Positions 38,775-48,177 of a stretch of DNA of 64,000 nt are shown piece by piece. This DNA comes from a virus (lineage: Duplodnaviria; Caudoviricetes). Each line of letters begins with the position of its first letter. Within the stretch, counting starts at the first letter, position 1. The stretch spans positions 1 through 64,000 of IMG/VR virus record IMGVR_UViG_3300020577_005688; one strand, given 5' to 3'. The notes below the pieces were generated by a model that saw only the letters and a list, made by a program, of their open reading frames with translations, was not told the DNA's origin and did not search any database. The translations under genes and the position numbers were made by a program.

Positions 38775-39491
38775 TTAGAACGGCGATGAGGATCCTTGGT
38801 TCTTCTTGTACTCTTTGCGGTCTTCTGAATCAGAGCGGAGCTTTTCCCTGTAGTCTTCCTTCTTCTTGAAGTCTTCGAATGTCTCCCTGCCTTCTGACTT
38901 ATCATTCTTTAGCATCAGAGGTGCAAGCTTGGAGACTTCCTGGAAGTGCTTCGATTTGGCGTTGTTGATGTTTGACTGAGTAGAGATGATGTCCTGCATC
39001 GTTTTGTAACTCTGACCAGGAAGCTCAGCAACGATCCTCAGCAGAGAGCCTCCAACAAGAGGGTCAGAGGTCATATCGGGAGCAAAACGATGGATAGCAT
39101 TGAAAGCCATCGTAAGATCTTTCTTATTCAACTCTCTCTTTAGAGACGGGTTAGCTTCCATAATTCGCTTAAAGTTTCGGCTCTTTGTCAGACCTCTCCG
39201 AGCGGCGTCATAAAGATCAGTTGCGGCTGAGCTCATAACACCAGCAGCTACACTCGATCCAAGGAGTACACCCACTCTCTTGGCCGTATCTAGAATCGTA
39301 GACTGAGAGACTTCTGCTGTCTTCTCCTTGATGGTCTCAAAAATGACCTCAAAGTCACGAAAGATGTCTTTCGTAAACTCGGGAGCAAGCTTGTCACTCA
39401 ACGCAATGACTTGTGCGGTCTTCGCCATCATCTCTGGCTGAAATTCTTCGACTTCCTTCAAGAGTTCTTCAAGAGTCATTTGATTCTCCAA
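38775..39491 (-). CDS. Putative internal head protein with KTA sites and a hydrophobic helix
   Basis: AKTA and EKTA then VGVLLGSSVAAGVM. Confidence 0.7.
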   Translation of the reverse strand: MENQMTLEELLKEVEEFQPEMMAKTAQVIALSDKLAPEFTKDIFRDFEVIFETIKEKTAEVSQSTILDTAKRVGVLLGSSVAAGVMSSAATDLYDAARRGLTKSRNFKRIMEANPSLKRELNKKDLTMAFNAIHRFAPDMTSDPLVGGSLLRIVAELPGQSYKTMQDIISTQSNINNAKSKHFQEVSKLAPLMLKNDKSEGRETFEDFKKKEDYREKLRSDSEDRKEYKKNQGSSSPF

Positions 39492-39494
39492 AAA

Positions 39495-39929
39495 TCAGAT
39501 TTGGTGATTCTCTGGGCGGAAGCCCTGTTTGAATTGCTTGTACTTAGAAGGGGCTTTTGCTGCAGAAGACATCAGCATCGCTCCACCCGCGACAGAACCA
39601 GCGACAGGAAGAACCCCATGCTTTCCTGCTTGATTCTTGAAGTGATTGGCAATCCGACCCATCACTCCACGTTTCTGAGCTGCAGGAGATACTGGGGCTG
39701 TCTTTGGAGCAGGTGCTTGTTGCTTCACAGGAGCAGTTGCTGTCGGAGTTGACACAGGAGCGGAGGACGGTGCCGCTTTTGAGGCTGCTTCTGCTGTGGC
39801 TTTATTTTGAAGTGACTTGAAAGTAGCCTGACGTTCTACCATCGAGGCACTTGCGCCCATACCACGGGCGGCAGTCTTACGAAGTGCATTTGAAAAGGAG
39901 GCAATCTTTTTCAATCTCGAATGAAGCAC
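39495..39929 (-). CDS. Basic cargo-like protein
   Basis: KKIA and RKTA leader; C-terminal GVLPVAGSVAGGAML helix. Confidence 0.65.
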   Translation of the reverse strand: MLHSRLKKIASFSNALRKTAARGMGASASMVERQATFKSLQNKATAEAASKAAPSSAPVSTPTATAPVKQQAPAPKTAPVSPAAQKRGVMGRIANHFKNQAGKHGVLPVAGSVAGGAMLMSSAAKAPSKYKQFKQGFRPENHQI

Positions 39930-39931
39930 GA

Positions 39932-41035
39932 TTAACCTCCGAAGTTCGTTGGAGGTACAGGAGCGGGCTGCTTCTTTGGAACCATAGATGCCGCAGTTGC
40001 AACGGTTGAGACTGGGTTCCGCTTCATCTCACCAATTGCATTACGGGCGAGTGACCCACCCAATGTCTTTGACTTCAACATAGAGGATCCAGCAGCGAGA
40101 AGACCCCTCCCAGCTGCCATAACGGCAGGAGCGAAGGCACTCTTGATGAAACTATTGACATCAGAGAGCTCGGACTGAACTTCCTCAAGCGCAGTCATGG
40201 TGGTCCTCAAGTCCTCACCAGACATGATCATTGCTGAGTATGACTGAATGAGTGGGTGAGTGGGGTCGACCAGACCGTGAGCCAACTTTTCCCCTTCGGC
40301 GAGCTGCTTCTTTAGCTGCGAGACAGAAGCAACCTTCTCCTGAATAAGACGACCGACGATGGGTTCCAAAAGAGTCTTGGTCTCATCGCCAGTGATTGTC
40401 TCGGTTGCAGCGTAAGCCTCGCCGAAGGAGCCTCCATCAAGAATGTGACGCTTGAGCACGTCGTAGAACTCAGACGCCGCCTCCTTGAAGAGGGACTCAT
40501 GCTGGTTGAACCTATCCATCAGGTTATCACGCAAGGAAGACAGAGTCTCCTTTGCAGACATGACCTCATGGACGATTGTTTCTTTGCTGTAGTTCTTCTC
40601 TTCTCCGGCCGTCTTGAACATGTCGGCCAGACCCTGTTCCGTCTCCTTCGAGGAGGTCTTCACCTTCTTGATTTGCCTGTTGTAGTCGATGTCGGTGTTT
40701 GTTACCACCGTTGGACGAGCTCCATCGGACAAATCCTGAATCACTCTTCCAGCATCTGCGAGGTCGAACTGAGGATAGCTGTGGTCAGAACCAGCCGTCT
40801 TATCTTGGTCGTGCTTTGCGAGGTACACAGCCGTGTTCGCAAATTCAACGACTCGCTTAACCTGCTCCGGCGAGATATAGTCATGCTGAGCAGCGAGCTT
40901 TGAGATACTGTCATTCAATGACACGCCATCCCTCAGAAACATGGTTGCAGCTTCTTTGCCCATCATCTCAAGAGACTCGGGCGAAAGCTTGGCGTGATTC
41001 TTTCCGCTCAAGAGGTAGTCTGTAAACTCATCCAT
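39932..41035 (-). CDS. Putative internal head protein with multiple KxA sites
   Basis: KLA, KTA (twice), KEA, KVA and KSA; amphipathic tail after IKSA. Confidence 0.75.
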   Translation of the reverse strand: MDEFTDYLLSGKNHAKLSPESLEMMGKEAATMFLRDGVSLNDSISKLAAQHDYISPEQVKRVVEFANTAVYLAKHDQDKTAGSDHSYPQFDLADAGRVIQDLSDGARPTVVTNTDIDYNRQIKKVKTSSKETEQGLADMFKTAGEEKNYSKETIVHEVMSAKETLSSLRDNLMDRFNQHESLFKEAASEFYDVLKRHILDGGSFGEAYAATETITGDETKTLLEPIVGRLIQEKVASVSQLKKQLAEGEKLAHGLVDPTHPLIQSYSAMIMSGEDLRTTMTALEEVQSELSDVNSFIKSAFAPAVMAAGRGLLAAGSSMLKSKTLGGSLARNAIGEMKRNPVSTVATAASMVPKKQPAPVPPTNFGG

Positions 41036-41090
41036 TGCGGTAAGCTCCTCAAAGTGGTGGAGAACTTTAGGGTAAAATCCAGGAGGATAC

Positions 41091-41792
41091 GTGGGAAGCC
41101 TTTTCTATTCTTTCCAAGAGGCTGCGAACAGCCTTGGGTGCTCGAAGCGCACGATTCACAACTACATCAAACAGGGTTACCTGCGAAAGTCAAACCAAGA
41201 AGGGAAGGTAGTCCTTTTCAGGGAGGACGTCGAGCAGCTTGCCGCAGAGACGGGCGTAAACCTCCCACCGTTCAACCGGAAGAATTTCTTCTTGTTGTTG
41301 CGGAGAGTTGAGAAACTCGAACAGGACATGCTGGTGGCAAGGAGAAGACTGGACATTCAGGCTGACCCTCTGAGGCCCTCTGCACAGGAGGCGGCTCTAT
41401 TGATGAGAGAAGCGGAGCATGCGTTTGTTCGTGGAACGTGGTCAGAGCCAGAGATGGAGCAATGGGTGTCTGTCTTTGAGCGCCTCGATGAGACAGCCCT
41501 TGAGTCAATGAAGAAACATCTTGGGAGTCTCAATCCCTATGAACCCTTCTTCAAGCTCGTGATGGCCATGATGCAGAGTGTCGCTTCGATTGAAAACTTC
41601 GAAACATCTCTGCCTGCGCAGCTCATGCACAAGAAGTTGGATGAAGGACGTAGGAAGATGAGGGAGTGCATCTTCATGTGGCTCAAGGTCTCCTCGCCAC
41701 TCAATGCCGATGAGGTCGTTCAGTCTCTGGATACAGAGAAGGAAAAGCTCTTCAAGAAGCTCAAAGCAAATAAACCAAGTCCCACGGCATAA
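41091..41792 (+). CDS. MerR/excisionase-type HTH DNA-binding protein
   Basis: YSFQEAANSLGCSKRTIHNYIKQGYL; AGGAGG RBS. Confidence 0.85.
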   Translation: MGSLFYSFQEAANSLGCSKRTIHNYIKQGYLRKSNQEGKVVLFREDVEQLAAETGVNLPPFNRKNFFLLLRRVEKLEQDMLVARRRLDIQADPLRPSAQEAALLMREAEHAFVRGTWSEPEMEQWVSVFERLDETALESMKKHLGSLNPYEPFFKLVMAMMQSVASIENFETSLPAQLMHKKLDEGRRKMRECIFMWLKVSSPLNADEVVQSLDTEKEKLFKKLKANKPSPTA

Positions 41793-41802
41793 GAGTTTTG
41801 AA
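41786..41802 (+). promoter_or_regulatory. GGYATAAG motif (putative phage promoter)
   Basis: GGCATAAGagTTTTGAA, overlapping the upstream stop codon. Confidence 0.65.
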
Positions 41803-41851
41803 CTCGGAATCGTTCCGCGTTCATTCTCTTCTAGAGGGGAAACTCAACATC

Positions 41852-42283
41852 ATGGACGCACAGCAGAACCAGCAGCAGCCTCAGGCGGCTCCTCCCATCC
41901 AGGGACATGTCATCGACACGGACTCTCCGAAGCCCGTGGAGAAGCGGGAGATCCAGAAGGAGCAGTTCGAGCTGCTCGTGAAGGAAGCCGCAGATCACGC
42001 GGAAGAAGAAGGTGATTTCCGCCGAGCCAACAAGCTTCGCGGTGTGAAGTACGAGCCGACCTTCGCCGACACGGCCAAGTCGGTCGCAGTCAAGACGAAG
42101 AACGCCCTCATCACCGTGGGCATCGCCCTCGCCCCGCTCGGTGGCGTGTGGCTCATCTACCAGGGCATCAGGCTCCTGGTTCCCGCCGCCCGCAAGTGGC
42201 CGGCGCTCGGGATCAAGTACAACAACGAGAAGGAGGCGAAGGTCGTTCGTCTCGCTCCCGCTCCCAAGGCGACCACGCCGTAA
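41852..42283 (+). CDS. Predicted membrane protein
   Basis: One hydrophobic segment; very GC3-rich; own promoter motif and terminator. Confidence 0.75.
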   Translation: MDAQQNQQQPQAAPPIQGHVIDTDSPKPVEKREIQKEQFELLVKEAADHAEEEGDFRRANKLRGVKYEPTFADTAKSVAVKTKNALITVGIALAPLGGVWLIYQGIRLLVPAARKWPALGIKYNNEKEAKVVRLAPAPKATTP

Positions 42284-42316
42284 CATTTCCCCGAGAGGAG
42301 CTTCACAGCTCCTCGG

Positions 42317-42359
42317 AGAGTGCGCACGTTTCCCTCCTTTACCGTGCGCACTCTTTTTT
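42317..42359 (+). terminator. Intrinsic (probably bidirectional) terminator
   Basis: AGAGTGCGCACG/CGTGCGCACTCT stem plus T-run. Confidence 0.8.
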
Positions 42360-44151
42360 AGGCCTCAGAGTCCAATCCTGACGTCTTCGCAGTAGGAGAA
42401 AGAATCTCGGGTCGCGGGTACTTGAGCATCGAAGCCAATGTGCAGAGCAAGATAGAGTGGAACGTGTCGTCTGTAGCGTCCGGGGTCTTGGAGTACTGAA
42501 TCTGTCGAAGCTGCTCATTGTATTCACTGAAGATGTTGAGCAGGTCCTTACCGAACGGATCCTCAAACTGCTCCCATCGAGGGAATCTGAAGAAGTCCCT
42601 CCTCTTGATAGCAGTGAAGATGTCGGTCATCACTTCAGTGCGGTGTACGAGGAAACGATGGAGCTTCTCCTCCCACTTCACCTTCTGACCTGGGTTTGAG
42701 TACTGATACTTGACGATACGGTTCTTGCTGAACATACGAGCCAGCGCGTCATTTCGATCGAAACCACCACCGTAGTCGACACCAATCAATTTGACGTCCC
42801 ACCGTCTGATGAGCTCTCCAATCAGCTCCAACTGAACGGGTGGTTCCATCTCCTGACCTTCGAAACGGTGAACGTAGAAGATAGTAAATCTGCCGTTCAC
42901 ATACGTTCCAAGAGAAATGATGGTGTACGTGTTCTCACCAGTTCCCCAGTCGATTCCAGCAAAGATGTCCATCCCACCAGACATCTTGTTCTTCAATGCC
43001 TGCATACCCTCAGCAGTCATCAAGAGCTCTGGGTCACAGTTGTCCATCACATCTTGTTGAGTAAGGGGCCTCATACCGGAGTCGCAGGCTTCTCCGAGAA
43101 CCTCATTGAAGAACTTTGGTTGAGAGTAGGTTGTGTAGGAGTCTAGAATCTCACTCCACTTCAACCAAGGAACCATCAACTGTGGGATCCGAAAGCCTTC
43201 GTACGGCTCAGTGAGCTTCTCTTTGACTGAGGCGTTCATCATTGCCCAACGAGACTCATTCCGCATTGGGTGGATGATTTCACCGCACTTGGCACAGATA
43301 AGACCCTTCTTCCCGATGTTCTGCTCTCCAAGAATGTTCCAATACCAAGTGGAAGGGTCTGATGGGACTCCATGGTGGTCGCAAGGAACAACCCACTCAT
43401 TCTGGGTTGAGTACTTCGTCCAGTAGTACTCAATCGAGTTATCGAAGGACTTCGGTGTTCCAGAGTAGATGAAGATCTTGAACGGAGAGTGAGATGCACA
43501 CTGTTCAATGACCGGGATGTTCTCTGTGATGATGTCCTGCAGCTCGTCAAGCAGGACCATGTCAGCTGGGATACCACGCGTTCTATCTGCGTTGTGGTAC
43601 GCGTACCTGAGAGTCACTTGGCTTCGATTGATGAACTTCTTCTGGAAGACGTTGTCGCTGAGCTTCGACGTCGTCCAGGCCTTCAGTACGTCTGAGGTCT
43701 CGATGGGCTCCTTCAGACGGTCCTGTGAGAAGGTCTTTGTTTGCTGGTTGGTGGGAGACACATACAAAACATTGAACGCGTTGATGATGCAACAGTAGGA
43801 GAGAGTCTTGTTACCGAGCAGGGTAGACTTCTCGACCTGACGACCGCACTTGTAGAGAGTACGCTTGGATGGGGTGTCGTAAGGAAGTCGAAGATACCTG
43901 CGGCCCTCGAACGAGAAGGGCAAGAACTTCTGGGACTTCTTGTCCGGAACTTTGACGGCAAACTCTACGAACTGAGACGGGGTTACTGAGAGAAGGGTCG
44001 ATTGCTTGAGCGCGAGCTCATCCTCATCTAGGAAGCCTTCGTACACTTCCTTTTCGTAGTCCCACTCTTCCTTGAGCTCAGGCTCTCCGCTCTCAGAAAT
44101 GACGACGTTGGCGTTGTTTCTGAAGTACTCTTCGCTTGAGACGACAGTCAT
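42358..44151 (-). CDS. terL: Terminase large subunit
   Basis: GRQVEKST Walker A variant, LLDE, SGTP, nuclease AGIDWG and DD.FHS. Confidence 0.9.
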   Translation of the reverse strand: MTVVSSEEYFRNNANVVISESGEPELKEEWDYEKEVYEGFLDEDELALKQSTLLSVTPSQFVEFAVKVPDKKSQKFLPFSFEGRRYLRLPYDTPSKRTLYKCGRQVEKSTLLGNKTLSYCCIINAFNVLYVSPTNQQTKTFSQDRLKEPIETSDVLKAWTTSKLSDNVFQKKFINRSQVTLRYAYHNADRTRGIPADMVLLDELQDIITENIPVIEQCASHSPFKIFIYSGTPKSFDNSIEYYWTKYSTQNEWVVPCDHHGVPSDPSTWYWNILGEQNIGKKGLICAKCGEIIHPMRNESRWAMMNASVKEKLTEPYEGFRIPQLMVPWLKWSEILDSYTTYSQPKFFNEVLGEACDSGMRPLTQQDVMDNCDPELLMTAEGMQALKNKMSGGMDIFAGIDWGTGENTYTIISLGTYVNGRFTIFYVHRFEGQEMEPPVQLELIGELIRRWDVKLIGVDYGGGFDRNDALARMFSKNRIVKYQYSNPGQKVKWEEKLHRFLVHRTEVMTDIFTAIKRRDFFRFPRWEQFEDPFGKDLLNIFSEYNEQLRQIQYSKTPDATDDTFHSILLCTLASMLKYPRPEILSPTAKTSGLDSEA

Positions 44152-44160
44152 TCTAGCTCC

Positions 44161-44472
44161 ATGAGTGAACTACCTCCACCGCTCGCCTGGCTTCCGGGCT
44201 TCGCAAACTCCCTATCTGGAGCTATTGATACTCCGGTCCAGATCGAATGTACACAGAGTGTAAATCCTTTGGTGTACATCGTGAAGTTCCGATTCGGGGA
44301 AAACGTCACTGGGAAACGTATGATGTTGGTGTGGAACCTCTACCAACAGTATGCCGCAAAAAATGACGCTGTCCCTCAAGGAAAGGTCGAATCAGAGGGA
44401 AAGACGCTTACGACCTCTATCATCATCAAAAGGAAAAGGGGTCTGCCAAGAAATGAGCATCCGCTGGCATAA
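44161..44472 (+). CDS. Hypothetical protein
   Basis: 103-aa ORF divergent from terL. Confidence 0.6.
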   Translation: MSELPPPLAWLPGFANSLSGAIDTPVQIECTQSVNPLVYIVKFRFGENVTGKRMMLVWNLYQQYAAKNDAVPQGKVESEGKTLTTSIIIKRKRGLPRNEHPLA

Positions 44473-44473
44473 G
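44466..44473 (+). promoter_or_regulatory. GGYATAAG motif (putative phage promoter)
   Basis: GGCATAAG overlapping the upstream stop, before RNase HII. Confidence 0.55.
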
Positions 44474-44494
44474 AAGTCAGAGGGGAAAACTTTC

Positions 44495-45100
44495 ATGCAC
44501 GAACAAGAGATTCAGGGAGGGTTGGATGAAGTTGGGTACGGCTCCCTTGCAGGACCCTTCATTGCAGTAGTTGCTGTGTTTCGGCAGAAAGACTTCACCT
44601 TCTTACCTCCCGGAGTAACAGACTCGAAGAAGCTAAGTCATAGCTCTCTGGAGGCTCTGTATGAACCCATCTGTGCTGCAGCTTCTGACATCGGTATCGG
44701 TCACGCCATGCCAGAAGAAATCGACACGATGGGTGTGTCCGTAGCTCTTCAGTTGACGTACCAGAGAGCTATTGAAGAACTCGTTGTACGTCCGACAACT
44801 CTCATCGTGGATGGGAACAAGCCCGTAAAGAGTTGGACCGGAAAGCAGATTGTGGAACCGAAGGCAGACCTCAATCACAAAGTAGTGTCTGCCGCCTCCA
44901 TCATCGCAAAGGTGTGGAGAGACAGACTGATGAATCAACTCTCGAAGAAGTTCCCAGAGTATCGATGGGACGCGAACAAGGGGTACGGTTCTGAGGAGCA
45001 CTTCGAGGCAATCAGGAAGAACGGGCTTGTTCTTCCGGGTCCAAACGGGAATGAATACATCCACAGAAAAGCCTATTGCAAAAGATTCCTCAACGACTGA
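44495..45100 (+). CDS. rnhB: Ribonuclease HII
   Basis: GLDEVGYGSLAGP, DSKKL, VDG, KAD, SAASIIAKV and NKGYG motifs. Confidence 0.95.
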   Translation: MHEQEIQGGLDEVGYGSLAGPFIAVVAVFRQKDFTFLPPGVTDSKKLSHSSLEALYEPICAAASDIGIGHAMPEEIDTMGVSVALQLTYQRAIEELVVRPTTLIVDGNKPVKSWTGKQIVEPKADLNHKVVSAASIIAKVWRDRLMNQLSKKFPEYRWDANKGYGSEEHFEAIRKNGLVLPGPNGNEYIHRKAYCKRFLND

Positions 45101-45350
45101 TGTCGTTGTTCCATGTGTCGTATGTGACCGACAAGTCTACATCCGGATGACAGATTGGGCTCTCGCCAAGAGACCCTGCGCAGTGTGTCCGTCTTGTCTG
45201 GATGTCAATCCAATCTCAGCAATCTGCCAGTTCAACAATCTCAGGAGTCAGTTCAGCGAGATGAAGAAGAGACTGGACGAGGTCACCGCATCCGTCTCCG
45301 CCCTTCGGCAAGACTTTGACGAACTTACGAATGCTGAGTACTTCGAGTAG
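45051..45350 (+). CDS. Zn-finger/coiled-coil hypothetical protein
   Basis: CVVC and CPSC motifs; terminator at 45355-45381. Confidence 0.55.
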   Translation: MNTSTEKPIAKDSSTTDVVVPCVVCDRQVYIRMTDWALAKRPCAVCPSCLDVNPISAICQFNNLRSQFSEMKKRLDEVTASVSALRQDFDELTNAEYFE

Positions 45351-45386
45351 TACGATGGGCCTGAAGTTAGGCCCATTTTTTAACTC

Positions 45387-45641
45387 TCAGAGACCAAGCT
45401 CCTGCATTCGGTCTCGCTCGTAGGCTTTTCGAAAAGCCTCCCACTTCTCTCCCATTACCGCAGCGTCGCCTTCGTTCTCAGAGATTACCTGACGGACGTG
45501 CTCGATTCTTGCCCGAATGATGTTCAGGAAATCGGTAATCTCACCTGCATCGAGAGACGGGTTCCGGGCTTTGATGAGCTCTTCCAAGGTCATTCCAGTC
45601 GTTGTGAGGCTTGGGGAACGGCAATCCTTCTCTCTCAACAT
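45387..45641 (-). CDS. Hypothetical protein
   Basis: GAGGTG RBS; coupled ORF. Confidence 0.6.
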   Translation of the reverse strand: MLREKDCRSPSLTTTGMTLEELIKARNPSLDAGEITDFLNIIRARIEHVRQVISENEGDAAVMGEKWEAFRKAYERDRMQELGL

Positions 45642-45643
45642 GG

Positions 45644-46099
45644 CTACACCTCGTTGGTCATTACCGAGTGCAGAGTCTCCAGTGCTTCAATCGCATTCTC
45701 ACGCGCAAACTGACCTGAACCAAACCCTCTCGCCTTGACGAAGAAAGAGCCCATGTCTTCGTCAAACGAGTACTCCCACTTCGAGAAGAAGACCTTGCTG
45801 AATGCCTTGTCGAGAAGTCGATCGAAGTGCTTCACGAAGCGAGGACGTACTTTTCCGGCCCTGTCTGCCTCATGAAACTTCCAAGGCCAGATGTGGAAAA
45901 TGAGGTCATCTTCCTTCGAGGCAAACTCAGCCTCGTAGTTCGATGGGCTCATGACTGGTTGGAAATCAATTTGGTCGAACCCCTTGACTCCAGAGTCTGC
46001 TTCCTTGACGACAATAGGAGACAACTCCTTCTTCAACGTATCCAATTCGGAAGAGGCCTTCTCAGAAACTACACCTTCTGACGTTCTCTCAGACCACAT
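45644..46099 (-). CDS. Hypothetical protein
   Basis: AAGGAG RBS. Confidence 0.7.
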   Translation of the reverse strand: MWSERTSEGVVSEKASSELDTLKKELSPIVVKEADSGVKGFDQIDFQPVMSPSNYEAEFASKEDDLIFHIWPWKFHEADRAGKVRPRFVKHFDRLLDKAFSKVFFSKWEYSFDEDMGSFFVKARGFGSGQFARENAIEALETLHSVMTNEV

Positions 46100-46110
46100 T
46101 GAGTGGCTCC

Positions 46111-46578
46111 TTAGCAGTACTTCCTTGTCATCTTCTTCTTCAACGACCCAGCCATTTTAGAGAAGGCTGACTTCTCCATCTTCTTCAACTTCTTGTAGTA
46201 GTCAGAATCTTCTGCAAGGTGGTCTTTTGCAATCTCTTTTGCAATTGAGGGGTCTTTGGTGTGCTCCTTCTCCACCTTCTGACCTGCCATCAACTCCTTC
46301 TTTGGAAAGTCAGAGGACTTCATATGGTCAGCGAGTCCACCTTCGATCTTGTCTGTTTGCCTGTTCTGAGGATTAAAGGAAGACCCGTCACTATAGCGAT
46401 AGACCGAGTAGAGACGCTTCGAAACTGGATCCCTCATCCGTTGAATCTTTGAAACCTTCTTCTCTTCTGGAGAAGCCTTCTTGACCTTCTCGGGGAGCTT
46501 TTTCATGTTTGGAGTCTCATCTGCCCATCGCTTTTTCGGTTTGCTTCTCTTCGACACCACTTCCCGTAAAGTTTCCAC
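46111..46578 (-). CDS. DUF5661-like protein
   Basis: GGLAD...G.KVE.EHT....AKEIAKDHL.E..DYY.KL signature; ends in EKSA/SKMA. Confidence 0.75.
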   Translation of the reverse strand: METLREVVSKRSKPKKRWADETPNMKKLPEKVKKASPEEKKVSKIQRMRDPVSKRLYSVYRYSDGSSFNPQNRQTDKIEGGLADHMKSSDFPKKELMAGQKVEKEHTKDPSIAKEIAKDHLAEDSDYYKKLKKMEKSAFSKMAGSLKKKMTRKYC

Positions 46579-47374
46579 CAGGAGCGAGCATCTTGATGTC
46601 GGGGGGAGGGATCTGAGGGTGCTCCATTCGGAATCGCTCGAAGTTCTTCAAGATGTCCTTCAGAGCCATGTCCGAAGTTGAGAGGGCTTCGTGACAGTCA
46701 ACGATGGTCTTCCCAAGGACGCCGATAGCCTTGACCTTGTCCGGCCCAGTTCCAGGCTTCCTACTGACCTCTTCAATGGTGAAGTAGGCAATCTCCTGCG
46801 TCCTCTGAATCATCGTCTTTGAGTCGATTGCCTGTTGGAGCTGCAGGTGAAACATTGCGAGCTCTGGTGTTGCTTGGAGCATCGACATGTACCGTTCGTA
46901 CATGCCTGACCTTCCATACAAGAAGCGACCCCACTCATCCCACGTCAGAAGGTCGACATTCCAGAACATGTCATGGAAGGCACCCATGCCCTCTGCTGAG
47001 AGGTGCCATCCGTGTTTCTTGTTCAAGCGAAGAGCGATGGCTTTTCGATCGAGTCGTGCGAGAAGAGCTTGCTCGACATTCAGACGAACGAGAGGGTCGC
47101 TCAGAATCTTCCACGCTTGTCGTACACCATCGGTCGGGTGGAAGAACTCGAAGATACCGTGTTTTCGAAGGAAGTTCATCGAAGGACGGTGAGCTCGGTT
47201 TGTGTAATCAAACCCAGGAGGCTCGTCCTTCAACTCTTGCTTCAAGAAATCGAGGTACACCGTCTCAGGAGTGAGAAATCCCCAATCCTCCAGATTCTTC
47301 AAAATCTCTGGAGTCTTGATGTTCTCGTCCTTCACCATCAAGTACTTGATGAAGTGGTGTGCTGGATGTTTCAT
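46517..47374 (-). CDS. Helical hypothetical protein (possible small terminase-like)
   Basis: 285-aa coupled ORF; the function is a guess from proximity to terL. Confidence 0.6.
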   Translation of the reverse strand: MKHPAHHFIKYLMVKDENIKTPEILKNLEDWGFLTPETVYLDFLKQELKDEPPGFDYTNRAHRPSMNFLRKHGIFEFFHPTDGVRQAWKILSDPLVRLNVEQALLARLDRKAIALRLNKKHGWHLSAEGMGAFHDMFWNVDLLTWDEWGRFLYGRSGMYERYMSMLQATPELAMFHLQLQQAIDSKTMIQRTQEIAYFTIEEVSRKPGTGPDKVKAIGVLGKTIVDCHEALSTSDMALKDILKNFERFRMEHPQIPPPDIKMLAPGGNFTGSGVEEKQTEKAMGR

Positions 47375-48174
47375 GACAGGTTCGAGATCTGAAGAAGCTC
47401 TTGAAAGAAAGAGGGGAGACGCATTCCGAGCTTATTGAAATCTGAGCTCTTCTTGAATGCCTCCCATGCATTATTGATGTCTTGCATGTCCTTGGTATTT
47501 CCACCCCTATCTGGGTGATGCTTTGCAGCCTGCTCGCGATATTTCTTCTTTGCATCTGCCTTCGTTTTAACGTCTTTCAACCAATCGGGGGTCCTGACGT
47601 TCTGAGGAGGCTTTGGAGGAGGAGCATACCCTCCGGCATTCGAGGAGCCACGTTGATTTTGATAGTTCTGCCGAGCTTCCCGACTCTTCCGTTCGGTGTC
47701 TGCCCATTCCTTACCAAAATCCTGCCAACGACTTTTGAAGTCTTCCCAATCTTTGTCACTCTTCTCTTGGTGAGATTTCCACTTTGCCTGAGTCTCTGCT
47801 CTTCTTTTTTCGTACCTGAAATCGTCTGCTCTCCACTTCCTTCTCATCTTGATGCTGCTTCTTGTGAGATCTTTATCCATACCAGAGAAAGAGCCAATAC
47901 CATGGCCGAGGATACCTCCGGTTGCGGCGGCACTAATCACTGCGCGTCTCTGGTTTTTGAGTATTTTCTTCTTCTTTTTTTCAGGCAGCTTTTTGAAGTG
48001 CTCTGATTTTCTGATAGACCTCACACCTGCGTATGCAGAAGTCCCACCAGCAGCGGCCCCGATACCGGCTCCAACAAGTCCTCGACGAAGTTCGTTATTC
48101 GTCTTGAGGACTCTCTTGGCATGAGTAAAAGCGCCCTTCAGAGACCTTTTGAACGCTTCTTTTGTTTCTGACAT
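47371..48174 (-). CDS. Gly-zipper protein with C-terminal J-domain (HPD)
   Basis: GAGIGAAAGG and TGGILGHGIG helices; KKKYREQAAKHHPDRGG...QDINNAWE. Confidence 0.8.
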   Translation of the reverse strand: MSETKEAFKRSLKGAFTHAKRVLKTNNELRRGLVGAGIGAAAGGTSAYAGVRSIRKSEHFKKLPEKKKKKILKNQRRAVISAAATGGILGHGIGSFSGMDKDLTRSSIKMRRKWRADDFRYEKRRAETQAKWKSHQEKSDKDWEDFKSRWQDFGKEWADTERKSREARQNYQNQRGSSNAGGYAPPPKPPQNVRTPDWLKDVKTKADAKKKYREQAAKHHPDRGGNTKDMQDINNAWEAFKKSSDFNKLGMRLPSFFQELLQISNLS

Positions 48175-48177
48175 TGA

